A stretch of 64,000 bases of DNA from an uncultured bacterium (GCA_963768835.1 CAVYJB010000001.1:88420-152419), one strand, 5' to 3'. Counted from the stretch's first letter, positions 17,982 through 31,025 are shown. The notes: generated by a model from the sequence alone, not told the origin. Numbers and translations: made by a program.

Positions 17982-19259
17982 GTGTCCAAAAATATCGTCA
18001 TTCTCGGTGCCGGGTTCGGCGGCCTTCAGACCGCCCTCCAGCTCGCAAGAGGACTTCAGCAACGAGGCCTGAACGACCGCTATGGCATCGTAGTGGTCGA
18101 CCGCCACTTCTACCATACCTTCACGCCACTCCTTTATGAGATAGCAACCACCTCGGAGCAGTCCGCAAACACGCCGATCCTCCGCTCTATCGTCACCTAC
18201 TCTCTCCACGAGCTCCTGGCCCCAGACGGCGTCCATTCCGTAGTAAGCGAGGTACAACATGTGGACTTCAAAACGGGCGAGGTTCATCTCGCGAGCGGGA
18301 AACTCCCCTTCGCTTACCTCGTTATAGCCCTCGGTTCGGAACCGAATTGGATGGAGATTCCCGGGCTCCCGGAACACGCTCTGCCTCTCAAAACCTTCAC
18401 CGACGCCATCGCAATTCGTGATCGTCTTGTCGCGCTTGTCCAAAAAAAACATCATGATGTTAAAATTCTTATCGGCGGCGGCGGCACGACCGGTGTGGAA
18501 CTTGCAGGTGAGATAAAAGAATGGATACCCGAACTTGAGGAAGAACTCCGGACTGAATGCCAAGCACAGGTTACCATCCTTGAAGCGGGCCCTTCTATCC
18601 TAGGCGGGCTTGACCCTCGCGTCATCCAGGCTGCTGATCGGCGCCTCCGGAAACTCGGTATCGCGGTGCGGACGAATATGCGTATCACGAAAGCGGGGCC
18701 AGACTCCGTCACGCTCGCTGATGGAAGTGTCGTTTCTGCAGATCTTCTTATCTGGACCGGCGGTGTGAAACCAGCATCAGCGTCCGAAGCCTGGCCGATG
18801 GAAAAGGAACCGCGCGGTCGCATCAGCGTCCGAGCTGCGCTCACCTGCCACTCATCCTCAGACCTGAAAATAGAACCCATGGTCTATGCGATTGGCGACA
18901 TCGCTTGCTTCCTCGACCCCAAAACCGGTCGTCCGCTACCCCTGATGGCACGACCCGCGATGATGGAGGGGCGAGTTGCTGCCCTGAACATCCTTTCAGA
19001 GATAGAAGCTTCTGAACGCGGCGTGGCAACCCCAGAACGGCGCGTTTACCATCCCCATGGTTATCCCTACATCGTGCCGGTCGGCGGGAAATATGCCGTC
19101 GCGAAGGTTGGCCCTTTTGTCATCCGGGGTCTCCTGGCCTGGGTCTTCAAAGGTTTCGTGGAGTTCAACTACCTCTGCTCCATCATGTCTCTCCCTCCTG
19201 CGCTCCGCATCTGGTCCCGCGGCCTCCGCATCTTTATCCGAAACGATCGACTCGGATAA
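17982..19259 (+). CDS. ndh: type II NADH dehydrogenase (NDH-2) / FAD-dependent pyridine nucleotide-disulfide oxidoreductase
   Basis: Two Rossmann GxGxxG motifs (ILGAGFGG, IGGGGTTGVE), 425 aa. Confidence 0.75.
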   Translation: MSKNIVILGAGFGGLQTALQLARGLQQRGLNDRYGIVVVDRHFYHTFTPLLYEIATTSEQSANTPILRSIVTYSLHELLAPDGVHSVVSEVQHVDFKTGEVHLASGKLPFAYLVIALGSEPNWMEIPGLPEHALPLKTFTDAIAIRDRLVALVQKKHHDVKILIGGGGTTGVELAGEIKEWIPELEEELRTECQAQVTILEAGPSILGGLDPRVIQAADRRLRKLGIAVRTNMRITKAGPDSVTLADGSVVSADLLIWTGGVKPASASEAWPMEKEPRGRISVRAALTCHSSSDLKIEPMVYAIGDIACFLDPKTGRPLPLMARPAMMEGRVAALNILSEIEASERGVATPERRVYHPHGYPYIVPVGGKYAVAKVGPFVIRGLLAWVFKGFVEFNYLCSIMSLPPALRIWSRGLRIFIRNDRLG

Positions 19260-19303
19260 TCCCTTTGCAAAGAAGAATCTGTTACACCAACCTGTCAAAG
19301 GAT

Positions 19304-19339
19304 AAAAAAACCGGGCATCCACAGAAACGTGGAGCCCGG
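19304..19339 (-). terminator. rho-independent terminator about 390 nt downstream of 5S rRNA
   Basis: CCGGGC(A)TCCAC...GTGGAGCCCGG hairpin followed by T7 on minus strand. Confidence 0.4.
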
Positions 19340-19730
19340 ATGTTACCTTGGAGCTAGAACCTATGCCCTTTGGGGGTCAAACATCCCGGTAAGGCCATGG
19401 CCACCTACTTCGCGATTGGAGGGGTCAAAGACCTGGAAACCGGAGCCGCACGCTTCGGAAGATCTGCACTCTGTTGCATCAAGGCTATCCTCCTCGTCGT
19501 CCTTGAGGAACCTTTGTGCAAACAGGGGGCTTACCGAATGGAGCGACAGGCGCCGTCGAGACGCCGAGTTTGTTTGAGGCATAACTACCTCATAGATTAG
19601 GTGGGAAGGTGGGTTATTTAGACGGGGTCTATTTCAAGGTGCGAAACGAAACCAACCCCAGGAACTACTGTATCAGATTTCCCAAGAAATAGCAATCCTT
19701 GGGAAATAAAAACCGCACCAGGACTTCGGT

Positions 19731-19842
19731 ATGCCGGCGTACCCTACTTTCCCGACTCCCGAAGGAGCAAGTATCATCAGGCCTGCGCGCTTTCACTTCT
19801 CTGTTCGGAATGGGAAGAGGTGGTACACGCGCCGGTTAAACA
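19731..19842 (-). rRNA. rrf: 5S rRNA
   Basis: Minus-strand match to 5S consensus: GCGCTTTCACTTCTCTGTTCGGAATGGGAAGAGGTGG (loop C/E region) and helix I ends; ends approximate. Confidence 0.7.
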
Positions 19843-19875
19843 CCAGCAAACCGAAACCGTGGTGCGGAACTACCA

Positions 19876-23000
<3,125 letters not shown>

Positions 23001-23234
23001 GTTCGCTCATCCGCGAACGGTATGGAGTTTTCAAAATTCAATCAGACAACAAAAAATCCGCCGGTTTGGCGGACTCGACTCGCGACGCGTAGAATTACAC
23101 GTCGTGTGACGCTCCGCCGTGATATGTCGGCCCGATGTTCATTCGCCATGGGATTATAGCAAACCGCTATGGGATGTCAATGGCTTCCACCTCGTTTGTG
23201 GATAACAGGAAGGGCCGAAACTCTTCAGCTTTGC

Positions 23235-23870
23235 CTACTCTGGAATCACCAATGGCACGAAGGTGAATCCGAAAAAATGGCGCTCCGTGAACGCATCCGG
23301 CCCGGTCTTATCAAGCACGTAGATGCTCTGTTTTATCGGCGCTACAATGCGCCCACCGATCCGGACCTGCTCCTTCCAGGCGGGAGGAATGAAGCGGGCG
23401 GCCGCCCCCGCGATGACGCGATCAAAAGGCGCCGCAGCCTCAAGCCCCTTAGAGCCGTCGCCGGGGAAAATCTTCACCGTACCGTTCTCCACGAAGTGGT
23501 AATGCTCGAGGCTTGCCTCCGCGCGCGCGACAAACGAAGCAACTCGCTCGAGAGCAATCACCTCCCCGCGGTCACCGACGATAGAGGCCAGGAGCGCCGT
23601 CTGCCAGCCGCTTCCTGCTCCCACATCCAAGATGCGTTCGCCGGGCTTTGGCTCCAAGAGTTCCAGCATGAAAGCAACCGTAAGAGGCTGCGAAATGGTT
23701 TGATCGGACCCGATGGGGAGCGGATAGTTTCCGTAGGCTTCGGCGCGGTACTCCGCGGGGACGAATAGGGCGCGGTCGATTGCTCGAAACGCTGCGATGA
23801 CAGGTTCGCTTTTCAGATATCCGTCACGAATGAGGTCACGGACCAAGCTCTCGTTCGTAGCTTCAGCCAT
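23235..23870 (-). CDS. pcm: protein-L-isoaspartate O-methyltransferase
   Basis: SAM-MTase motif ILDVGAGSGWQTALLA, conserved TISQP and PCMT C-terminal region. Confidence 0.8.
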   Translation of the reverse strand: MAEATNESLVRDLIRDGYLKSEPVIAAFRAIDRALFVPAEYRAEAYGNYPLPIGSDQTISQPLTVAFMLELLEPKPGERILDVGAGSGWQTALLASIVGDRGEVIALERVASFVARAEASLEHYHFVENGTVKIFPGDGSKGLEAAAPFDRVIAGAAARFIPPAWKEQVRIGGRIVAPIKQSIYVLDKTGPDAFTERHFFGFTFVPLVIPE

Positions 23871-24016
23871 GTCATCACTATTCTACCAAGTTCCACGAAA
23901 GAGAACAAAAAAAGACCCGATCCGTGGTTTCGTCGAAACATCGACGTATGGATTCGGGTCTGTTGACTTGGAATGGGTACGTGGCATGGTGTTCCCCAAC
24001 AAAAAAGGTGGATGGT

Positions 24017-24388
24017 TTAGTTGTTGAGATCTTCTGTGAGGAAGAGTGGTTTGAGCTGAGCATCAGCCCCGATACGAATCGAGTAGGGCTTCGCGCTTGA
24101 GATGAGGAACGTTCCCCGGATATCCCTCGTCTCATCATCGGAGCACGCAAGCTCTACGACCGTGTCCGTATCGTCGGGGCTTCGACCGGGCTTGATGTTG
24201 ATGGTCCTGATCGTCACCGAGAACTTTTTGCAAAGGTCGCAGTTGGTCAGAATCACATGCAACGGCCCGATCACCTCCCCCGTTTCCATCTTCCTTGCCA
24301 GACGCTTCCACGCCGCCACGCAGGCTATCCACGCCTTCGCCTCCAGCAAGTACTCCATTGGACACCTCCTGTTTTTAATGTATGACAA
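24017..24388 (-). CDS. hypothetical protein
   Basis: 123-aa ORF (likely starts at MEYLL, 24358); no confident family. Confidence 0.3.
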   Translation of the reverse strand: MSYIKNRRCPMEYLLEAKAWIACVAAWKRLARKMETGEVIGPLHVILTNCDLCKKFSVTIRTINIKPGRSPDDTDTVVELACSDDETRDIRGTFLISSAKPYSIRIGADAQLKPLFLTEDLNN

Positions 24389-24473
24389 ATAGCTCTCTGC
24401 ACCCCCATCTTAGGGTGTAAGGAGGTAAAGTCAAACCGCGGTTTTCCTTAGCGAAAAACCTCCTGTGGATAAC

Positions 24474-25499
24474 CTAGGCCAGCGCGGACTCAAGAATATG
24501 GGAGAGAAGGGCCGGGAACGCGATGCCATGGGCAGCGGCCGCCTTGGGGAGCAGGCTCTCCTCGGTAAGACCGGGGATGGTGTTCAACTCCAACACCTGC
24601 ACCGCACCATTCGTATCCAAAACCATATCCGTCCGCGAGAACCCGCGAGCTCCTACCAGGTAGTGGCAGGCGAGCGCCGCGCGCTGAATCTCGCGAAGAA
24701 AGCTCGGGGGGAACGGTGCTGGCGTAATCTCCGCCGTACCGTTGGGCTCATACTTCGCTCGGTAATCGAAGAAGGGGCTCACGCGGGGAACGATGGCGGT
24801 CGGGAGAAGCGCAAAGGCGCTCTTAGGGGTACCACGATCCAGCACGCCGCAGGTCACTTCATGCCCGAGAACGAAATTTTGGATAAGCGCCTCGCGCGAA
24901 AGATCGAAGACGCTTTCGAAAGCGTGTGCTACTTCGTCGGGTCCTTCGACGATCGTGGCACCCACGCTCGAGCCGCCCGCATTCGGTTTCACGATCGCTG
25001 GATAGCCGGCATAGAGACGGAGCCAGTTCAGAATACTCGGGAGTTGCTGCTGCCAATCACGTTTTGTGACGAGACGCGTGAGCGGGACCGCAAGACCAGA
25101 ATCACGAAAGAGGCGGAGCGAAAGATACTTGTTCATTGCGAGAGCTGAAGCCATCGCACCGGAACCGGTATAGGGCAGCCCAACGGAATCTAGGAGAGAC
25201 TGGACCGTACCGTCCTCACCGTAGGCCCCATGCATCGCAATGAAAGCGACGTCCGCAAGGCTCCGGAGTTCGTCGGGGGACACTTCCCAGACCCCGGTGC
25301 GGCTGATGAAAACGCGCCGCGGCTCGAAGCGGGCCGAGTCGATGGATCGAATGACATTCGCGCCGCTTCTGAGGGAGACTTCATGTTCGGACGACGGCCC
25401 GCCCACAAGGACGGCCACGCGTTTCCGCTTCCCACGCCGAACACCTGGTCCCACTGTTACCATTGGCTCCATCGTAACAAATTGAGGCCAGCAGGGCAA
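24474..25499 (-). CDS. ddl: D-alanine--D-alanine ligase
   Basis: N-terminal VAVLVGGPSSEHEVSLRSG, ATP-grasp motifs, C-terminal EVNT(L)PG-like ELNTIPGLTE. Confidence 0.85.
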   Translation of the reverse strand: MPCWPQFVTMEPMVTVGPGVRRGKRKRVAVLVGGPSSEHEVSLRSGANVIRSIDSARFEPRRVFISRTGVWEVSPDELRSLADVAFIAMHGAYGEDGTVQSLLDSVGLPYTGSGAMASALAMNKYLSLRLFRDSGLAVPLTRLVTKRDWQQQLPSILNWLRLYAGYPAIVKPNAGGSSVGATIVEGPDEVAHAFESVFDLSREALIQNFVLGHEVTCGVLDRGTPKSAFALLPTAIVPRVSPFFDYRAKYEPNGTAEITPAPFPPSFLREIQRAALACHYLVGARGFSRTDMVLDTNGAVQVLELNTIPGLTEESLLPKAAAAHGIAFPALLSHILESALA

Positions 25500-25544
25500 C
25501 CAAAAACGGCCCGAGGCCGCTCCCGCTCTCCACGGCAGGACAGG

Positions 25545-26597
25545 TTAAGGCAAAGCGGGGCCGCTTGTTGTTTCCTCTCCAATCATATAGTCACTCGCAT
25601 TCCTAAGATCCTGGGGGATGGCGAGTCCGAAGGAATGGGCAATCTGTTCGTTGATACCAAGGCGGAACTGGAAGGCACGCTGGATAGGGACGCGTGCAGG
25701 GTTTACACCTTCGAAAAGCAGTTTCGCGGCCAAGTTGGCTGCCTCGTCACCGAAATCCTCTAAATCGGCCCCGTAAGAAAGAGTACCTCCCTCCTCCAGC
25801 TCGGTACGATTCAAAACGATGAGCGGCTTGTGAATCGAAGGTTGGTTCGTGAGCGAAAGAAGGAGATCGAAATTTTCGGTCGTGAACGAATCTGGATAAC
25901 GGAATACAGCATCCACCGTGCGCGGGTCCAAGGTCCCGAACAGCTGATTCAGCGCCTCACGATCAGCCAGCTGTCGTACTATAAGCGTGACGCCACTGCT
26001 TGCCGCCGCCTGCTCGAGCGTCGTCATCACTTGCGGGTCCGCCCCCAGCATATCCGGAGGCCCTTGGGGCACAAGAATTGTACGAGCGTTCGGCATCAAC
26101 CTCAAAAAGTAGCTCAGGCGATCCCCCGCCACGAGCTCACTACCCCGTTCAATAAAAACGACATTATTACCGCTGCCACCTTCCGAAGCTGCTAGTCCGT
26201 CGTGGACAGGATCTATCGCGAGAGTGCAAATGACCGGAATGGTTTGAGTTTTTGCCTGAAGCGGCGGAACTGCCATCTGGCCTGTCACAATGAGATCCAC
26301 AGGCTCTTGGATAAGCGTATCCGCGGCGTGGTCAAGATTTGTGGCAGAATAGGGAACCTCAATGTCCTGATACTGCACCCGTACATGGTTCTCCTCCGCA
26401 AGAATGTCGAAGGCCGTGCGGAAGGTGTTAAAAATCGGTGGGAATTGGTAGTTGTATCCCAAAAATCCTACGACGTAGGTTCTCCCAACTGTTGGTGGAG
26501 TGACTGGAGCTCGATGTACGTAGTATTGCACCCATCCTGCCACTGCCACAACAATCAGAATCGCATAAATCCACCACTCGCGAGAGAATTTGCGCAT
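25545..26597 (-). CDS. ABC-type transporter periplasmic substrate-binding protein (COG2984-like)
   Basis: N-terminal TM/signal anchor, periplasmic binding fold-like sequence; family assignment by memory. Confidence 0.45.
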   Translation of the reverse strand: MRKFSREWWIYAILIVVAVAGWVQYYVHRAPVTPPTVGRTYVVGFLGYNYQFPPIFNTFRTAFDILAEENHVRVQYQDIEVPYSATNLDHAADTLIQEPVDLIVTGQMAVPPLQAKTQTIPVICTLAIDPVHDGLAASEGGSGNNVVFIERGSELVAGDRLSYFLRLMPNARTILVPQGPPDMLGADPQVMTTLEQAAASSGVTLIVRQLADREALNQLFGTLDPRTVDAVFRYPDSFTTENFDLLLSLTNQPSIHKPLIVLNRTELEEGGTLSYGADLEDFGDEAANLAAKLLFEGVNPARVPIQRAFQFRLGINEQIAHSFGLAIPQDLRNASDYMIGEETTSGPALP

Positions 26598-26689
26598 TGC
26601 CTATTCCCTGTCCTGTCCCTGTCCTGATTATACCACTCCATCGAAGCCTCAACGCTCCCTTATCACCCATGCCAGCTTTGAGGTTAGGG

Positions 26690-26820
26690 GTCTTCTCAGA
26701 CCCTGAGACATTCTGAGACACAAAAACGATGGCAAGGGCTGTGTCTCACCATAGTCTGAGAGGCTTCTTTTATCTTGAGAATAAAGGAAATCACCTGAGA
26801 CACCATCGTGTCTCAGGTGT
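26690..26820. promoter_or_regulatory. leader region with six CTGAGAC/GTCTCAG copies including perfect 12-bp palindrome
   Basis: CACCTGAGACAC-CATC-GTGTCTCAGGTG at 26792-26819 plus CTGAGACATTCTGAGACAC and GTGTCTCACC upstream of CDS 25545..26597. Confidence 0.3.
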
Positions 26821-26851
26821 ATCAGGCAGGGAAATAGCTGGACCGGTTGGC

Positions 26852-26924
26852 GGCGGGGTCACGAGGATTCGAACCTCGATTAGCGGTTTTGGAGACCGCC
26901 GTCCTACCATTGAACGATAACCCC
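26852..26924 (-). tRNA. tRNA-Trp(CCA)
   Basis: Acceptor GGGGTTA/TGACCCC, anticodon stem GCGGT/ACCGC with loop CTCCAAA, T-arm GGTTCGAATCC; CCA not encoded. Confidence 0.85.
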
Positions 26925-26950
26925 TCTCGACGTCTCCAGCATACGCAAAA

Positions 26951-26980
26951 AGCCCCGGTATTTCAACCGGGGTCTTTTGT
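26951..26980 (-). terminator. rho-independent terminator after rpmG
   Basis: CCCCGGTTGAAATACCGGGG hairpin then CTTTTTGCG on minus strand. Confidence 0.5.
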
Positions 26981-26984
26981 ACGT

Positions 26985-27155
26985 TACTTCTTCGCTTCTT
27001 TATGGATGGTGTGTTTCCGGCACCAATTACAGAACTTCTTGAATTCAATCTTCCGCTCCACCAACTTCTTGTTCTTGTGGGTGGTGTAATTCACGTGCTT
27101 ACAAACGGCGCACCGGAGCCGGATCAATTTCTCGCTATATTTGCCTTGTGCCATA
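26985..27155 (-). CDS. rpmG: 50S ribosomal protein L33
   Basis: 56-aa ORF MAQGKYSEKLIRLRCAVCKHVNYTTHKNKKLVERKIEFKKFCNWCRKHTIHKEAKK with CxxC...CxxC zinc ribbon; not in ORF track (under 60 aa). Confidence 0.7.
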
Positions 27156-27215
27156 CGGAGGTAAGAATACCGAATTACGGTTCACGAATCAAGTGCGGCA
27201 ACAACCGAAACCTTG

Positions 27216-27287
27216 AGCCGATGGTCGGGATTGAACCGACGACCTACTCCTTACCATGGAGTTGCTCTACCACTGAGCTACATCGGC
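27216..27287 (-). tRNA. tRNA-Thr(GGU)
   Basis: Acceptor GCCGATG/CATCGGC, D-arm GCTCAGTGGTAGAGC, anticodon stem ACTCC/GGAGT loop ATGGTAA, T-arm GGTTCAATCC. Confidence 0.8.
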
Positions 27288-27385
27288 TTCGCAGAAAGCA
27301 TACACAAAAGATGGAGCTTTGGCAATTAAAAATGTAGAGGCGGCCGCGTAACGCGAACCGCCTCTTGTAGCCCCTAGGGCTCGTT

Positions 27386-27901
27386 TTACTTCCACTGCCA
27401 CTTCCCGCCGCGCGCCTTTTGCAATTGGAGGTCTACGCCCTCCTCTGCTCCGGCTATCAGCGTGGCGATCATCGTCTGCTCTTCCGAAGCTCTGCCGTCA
27501 GCTGAGCGAACAACTAACTCTGCGGGAGCACCGTCCGAATCCCCACTCGTATTGGACATGACCGCAAATCCCTTGGTTATCAGGAGTTCTTTTGAGAAAA
27601 GGTTTGGCTCTTTCGGGACCGCTCCTTCCTCCAAAACTTTCTCGGAACCTTTTGCTCTCTGGTCCAACCGGTCGATCAGTTCCTTTTCAAAGTCGTTCGG
27701 ATCCGGTACGTCGGCTCTCCCGATATGCTGGGTTCTTCCGGTTCTTGGAGACAGGGGTTGCCTTGCCAGAACCCGATCCTGGTCCTCGAGGTCCCTCACG
27801 ATATCAGGGTCCTGGTTGCCCGGGTTAAACGCATTGAAAAGGTTTACTGGGACCACCCGGCCGGACGCTGAGCCCGACACATTGTGTTTTTTCCGTGACA
27901 T
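27386..27901 (-). CDS. hypothetical protein
   Basis: 171-aa acidic ORF between two tRNA-Thr genes; no recognised domain. Confidence 0.35.
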   Translation of the reverse strand: MSRKKHNVSGSASGRVVPVNLFNAFNPGNQDPDIVRDLEDQDRVLARQPLSPRTGRTQHIGRADVPDPNDFEKELIDRLDQRAKGSEKVLEEGAVPKEPNLFSKELLITKGFAVMSNTSGDSDGAPAELVVRSADGRASEEQTMIATLIAGAEEGVDLQLQKARGGKWQWK

Positions 27902-28007
27902 ACACTACTCCTACGGTTGGTGGGACTTATGTTGTTGTTTAGGTACAGCACTGCAAACGGATGTTAACATAATAACTTAATTATATGGAATCGTCAAGTA
28001 ACCTTAG

Positions 28008-28080
28008 AGCCAGCCCCGGGACTCGAACCCGGAACCTTTGCTTTACAAAAGCATTGCTCTACCAATTGAGCTAGGCTGGC
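28008..28080 (-). tRNA. tRNA-Thr(UGU)
   Basis: Acceptor GCCAGCC/GGCTGGC, D-arm GCTCAATTGGTAGAGC, anticodon loop TTTGTAA, T-arm GGTTCGAGTCC. Confidence 0.8.
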
Positions 28081-28279
28081 CGTCCCATTCCAAGGTAGCA
28101 AATAGTAGATGCAAAATCAAAGAGCGGCTGGCATTAGGGTACACACTGCGGAGATCGGTTTTTGATTTGCGCCGGATTGGACGGTGTTCGAACCATTATG
28201 CAAGGAATTGAGGTGGGGGTCAATTAAAAAAGCCCCCAGTGTTTGCTGAGGGCATGGAAATCTGCATTCCATCATGGCT

Positions 28280-28618
28280 TCAAAAGTTTCCTTTTCTTTT
28301 CCCTTCGTTTCGAGCCTGTTCAATCGCCTGTTCGAAGAGTTCCTTTTGTGCTGGCGTGAGATCCTCAAGAAGTTTGGCAGCTTCCTCACCCTTGGGAGGA
28401 CTGCTCACTGTTATGAAGTGTGGGTGCATGTATGCCCCATCGGAGAACTTGAGAACTTCAATAAATCTTGGTATCTTATTCTGTTTATCAATTGCGCTTG
28501 CAAAGAGTGCTTGTTGATAGGTCTCGAAGTAGGCATCGCGGACAGAATCGCCGTCGCGCCCCACAATTTCGACGACCCAGAGCTTCGTCATTTCGATAAA
28601 GGTTGTCCCCAGCTTCAT
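28280..28618 (-). CDS. hypothetical protein (113 aa)
   Basis: ATG at 28618 with AAGGAG RBS 7 nt upstream; longer listed ORF runs through tRNA-Tyr and is rejected. Confidence 0.45.
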   Translation of the reverse strand: MKLGTTFIEMTKLWVVEIVGRDGDSVRDAYFETYQQALFASAIDKQNKIPRFIEVLKFSDGAYMHPHFITVSSPPKGEEAAKLLEDLTPAQKELFEQAIEQARNEGKRKGNF

Positions 28619-28709
28619 CGCTTTTCTCCTTTGAGGTGTGAGTGTGGTTATGTGAAGACTTCTTGTCTGAAAAACAAAATAGCACTCATGTGCTATTTCG
28701 TCAATACCT

Positions 28710-28795
28710 TGGTGCGCCGGGTAGGATTCGAACCTACGTAGCCCGAAGGCGCTTGATTTACAGTCAAGTGCAATTGACCACTCTGCCACCGGCGC
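28710..28795 (-). tRNA. tRNA-Tyr(GUA)
   Basis: Acceptor GCGCCGG/CCGGCGC, anticodon stem CTTGA/TCAAG loop CTGTAAA, long variable arm, T-arm GGTTCGAATCC, CCA encoded. Confidence 0.85.
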
Positions 28796-28802
28796 ATCCT
28801 GC

Positions 28803-29186
28803 CTATGAATGGTTACCCAACGGCCCCGCAGAATCAAGGGGTGGGGCTTCTTCCTTTTTCTCTTCCGCCACAACCGCCTTCACCTCTGGCGTGAAGGTAG
28901 CTTCCCGTTCCACGTCTTTCTTAAGGCGGCCAATCTTCTTCGAGAGCCCATTATCAAGCTTGAGCAGCATCACCCGGAACCGTCGGAGTGCTTTCTCGGA
29001 GAACGAAAGAAGCCGTTCATCCGCACGCTCAAGGTAATGCGTGACCCAGGAGGGGGCAGCGGGGCGCGGGCGGGAAGAATCTACATCGCTCACGCGCGGC
29101 AAGGCACGGGCTACGCCGTAGAGCACAGCGCCCACGCTCACCATAAGTATCATCTCCAGAATGAACTCAAAGCTCATACCGGACAA
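28803..29186 (-). CDS. hypothetical membrane protein
   Basis: 127 aa with N-terminal TM helix, Lys/Glu-rich C-terminus. Confidence 0.4.
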   Translation of the reverse strand: MSGMSFEFILEMILMVSVGAVLYGVARALPRVSDVDSSRPRPAAPSWVTHYLERADERLLSFSEKALRRFRVMLLKLDNGLSKKIGRLKKDVEREATFTPEVKAVVAEEKKEEAPPLDSAGPLGNHS

Positions 29187-29613
29187 ACCGCTCCACGCGG
29201 ATGTTTTCCCCTACTTTCGCGACCGTGCGCTTTACGAGCGCTTCCACGGTGAGCGACTCGTCCCGTACGTAAGGCTGTTTGAGAAGTTCGGCAGGATTCT
29301 TCGGATCCATCGCCGCGATATGCATCGCAAGCTCGTGCGCCAGCTCGCGGAACGGATCTGAACGCACCACGAAGTCGGTCTCTGCGCGGAGCTCAAGGAG
29401 TACCCCAACCCGCTCATTGTGAATATAAGACTGGAGGAGCCCCGCACCTGTCGCGCGGTTTCCTTTTTGTTCTGCCTTCGCCCATCCCCGCTCGTGGATC
29501 AGGGCTATCGCTTTCTCGACATCGCCCTTCGCGTCCTCAAGAGCGCGCTTACACTCCATCACGCCCGCTCCGCAGAGCTCGCGCAGTTTTTTGACGTCAT
29601 TCCCGCTCACCAT
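29167..29613 (-). CDS. tsf: elongation factor Ts (short form)
   Basis: N-terminal UBA-like VKKLRELCGAGVMECKRALEDAKGDVEKAIALI; 148 aa, shorter than E. coli EF-Ts. Confidence 0.7.
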   Translation of the reverse strand: MVSGNDVKKLRELCGAGVMECKRALEDAKGDVEKAIALIHERGWAKAEQKGNRATGAGLLQSYIHNERVGVLLELRAETDFVVRSDPFRELAHELAMHIAAMDPKNPAELLKQPYVRDESLTVEALVKRTVAKVGENIRVERFVRYEL

Positions 29614-29630
29614 GGATTAGAAGATGAAAA

Positions 29631-30326
29631 TTAAGCTGCGACCGTCGGCTTGGTAGCTATCTCAAGTTTGCCGAGCACCCACTCGATACTCGTGCGCGCG
29701 TGGTCATTCGCGAAAATCGGATAGTTGACGCGCTCCGGGTTATCGTTGGTGTCGAGGACGGCTACTACGGGAATCTTCAGCTGAAGCGCCTCCCGAACCG
29801 CGGTCGCCTCCCGCTCGATATCTACCACAAGAAGCGCATCCGGAAGCCGCGTGTACGCCGCGAGCCCGCTGAACGCCTTCTCGAGCTTGCCGATCTCCTT
29901 CGTGAACTGGCTCTGTTCTTTCTTTGTGTACTTCTGGAGTTCCCCGACCTCCCTACGGGCTTGAAGATCGTGGTAGTACTTCAGCCGCCCCTGGATCACC
30001 TTGTGATTCGTGAGCGTGCCGCCGAGCCACCGGTTGGTCACATAAGGAAACTTATGCGCCTCGGCGAAGGTTCGGATAGCCTCTTTCGCGGACGGTGAGG
30101 TTGCCACACAAAGAACGAGGCCTCCCTTCTGCATGACACCCTGGAGGAATACGCCAGCGGTCTCCAGCCCATCCCAGGTGGCCTGCGGATCCAGGAGTTC
30201 AATCTCCTGCCGCGTGCCGCTTACGTAGGGCTTCATCCTCGGGTGGGTGCGCGAACGCTTGTGGCCGTACATCACGCCCGCTTTGGCGAGTTCCTGGATC
30301 ATTTCATCAGTCACTACCGTTGGCAT
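29631..30326 (-). CDS. rpsB: 30S ribosomal protein S2
   Basis: MLEAGVHFGHQTRRWNPKM-like MIQELAKAGVMYGHKRSRTHPRM and conserved S2 core. Confidence 0.9.
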   Translation of the reverse strand: MPTVVTDEMIQELAKAGVMYGHKRSRTHPRMKPYVSGTRQEIELLDPQATWDGLETAGVFLQGVMQKGGLVLCVATSPSAKEAIRTFAEAHKFPYVTNRWLGGTLTNHKVIQGRLKYYHDLQARREVGELQKYTKKEQSQFTKEIGKLEKAFSGLAAYTRLPDALLVVDIEREATAVREALQLKIPVVAVLDTNDNPERVNYPIFANDHARTSIEWVLGKLEIATKPTVAA

Positions 30327-30371
30327 AGCTGTACTATCATAGACGAGGATTCAAAATCTGTCAAAGCATGA

Positions 30372-31025
30372 CTAGGCATGCCGACGTCGCCACTCCGAGA
30401 TCTTTTTATGATCCCCCGAGAGTAGCACTTTCGGCACGACCCATCCTTTTCCACGCGCCCCCTTCGGCCGAAAGGTTTCCGGCCGCGTGTAGACCGGATA
30501 CGAACCCTTAATTTCCTCAAGCGACTCATGCTTTCCGAGAACACTGGGAATATGGCGCGCTACAGCCTCCGTGACCACAAGTGCCGGGAGTTCCCCGCCT
30601 GAGAGAATGTAAGGACCGATGGAGAACTCCTCATCGGCGACGTGCGCTGCCACCCTTTCATCCACGCCTTCATAGCGCCCGCAGATGAGAACAAGATGGT
30701 CGTACCGCGCGAGCCGCCGCGCGTCGGCCTGTGTGAATTGTTTTCCGCGCGTCGAGAAAAGAATAATGCGGTTCTTCTTACCCTTTAATTTCAGAGATTG
30801 GATAGCGGCGTACACCGGTTCAATCTTTAGAACCATCCCAGGCCCACCACCGAACGCTCGTTCGTCCACCTTGTGATGTCGATCTTTCGAAAACCGGCGA
30901 AAATCAAGCGGCAGGACTTTTAAAAGCTTACGATCCACCGCTTTTCCAAGAATGGAGGTGTGGATATAGGACCCGAGAGCCTCCGGGAAGATAGTGAGAA
31001 CGTGAAAGGTTGTCATACAATTCAA
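30372..31025 (-). CDS. trmD: tRNA (guanine37-N1)-methyltransferase
   Basis: FHVLTIFPE N-terminus, SPOUT knot motifs, DERAFGGGPGMVL. Confidence 0.85.
   Translation of the reverse strand: MNCMTTFHVLTIFPEALGSYIHTSILGKAVDRKLLKVLPLDFRRFSKDRHHKVDERAFGGGPGMVLKIEPVYAAIQSLKLKGKKNRIILFSTRGKQFTQADARRLARYDHLVLICGRYEGVDERVAAHVADEEFSIGPYILSGGELPALVVTEAVARHIPSVLGKHESLEEIKGSYPVYTRPETFRPKGARGKGWVVPKVLLSGDHKKISEWRRRHA

Noticed and set aside
17913-18563. 216-aa minus-strand ORF overlapping the 5' part of ndh
   Set aside because: It is antisense to a well-supported NDH-2 gene with Rossmann motifs. It has no domain signal and is a typical high-GC shadow ORF.
28280-28873. 197-aa ORF MWRKRKRKKPHP...
   Set aside because: Its 5' half reads through tRNA-Tyr (28710-28795). 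Only the 3' 113 codons after ATG 28618, with an AAGGAG RBS, are kept.
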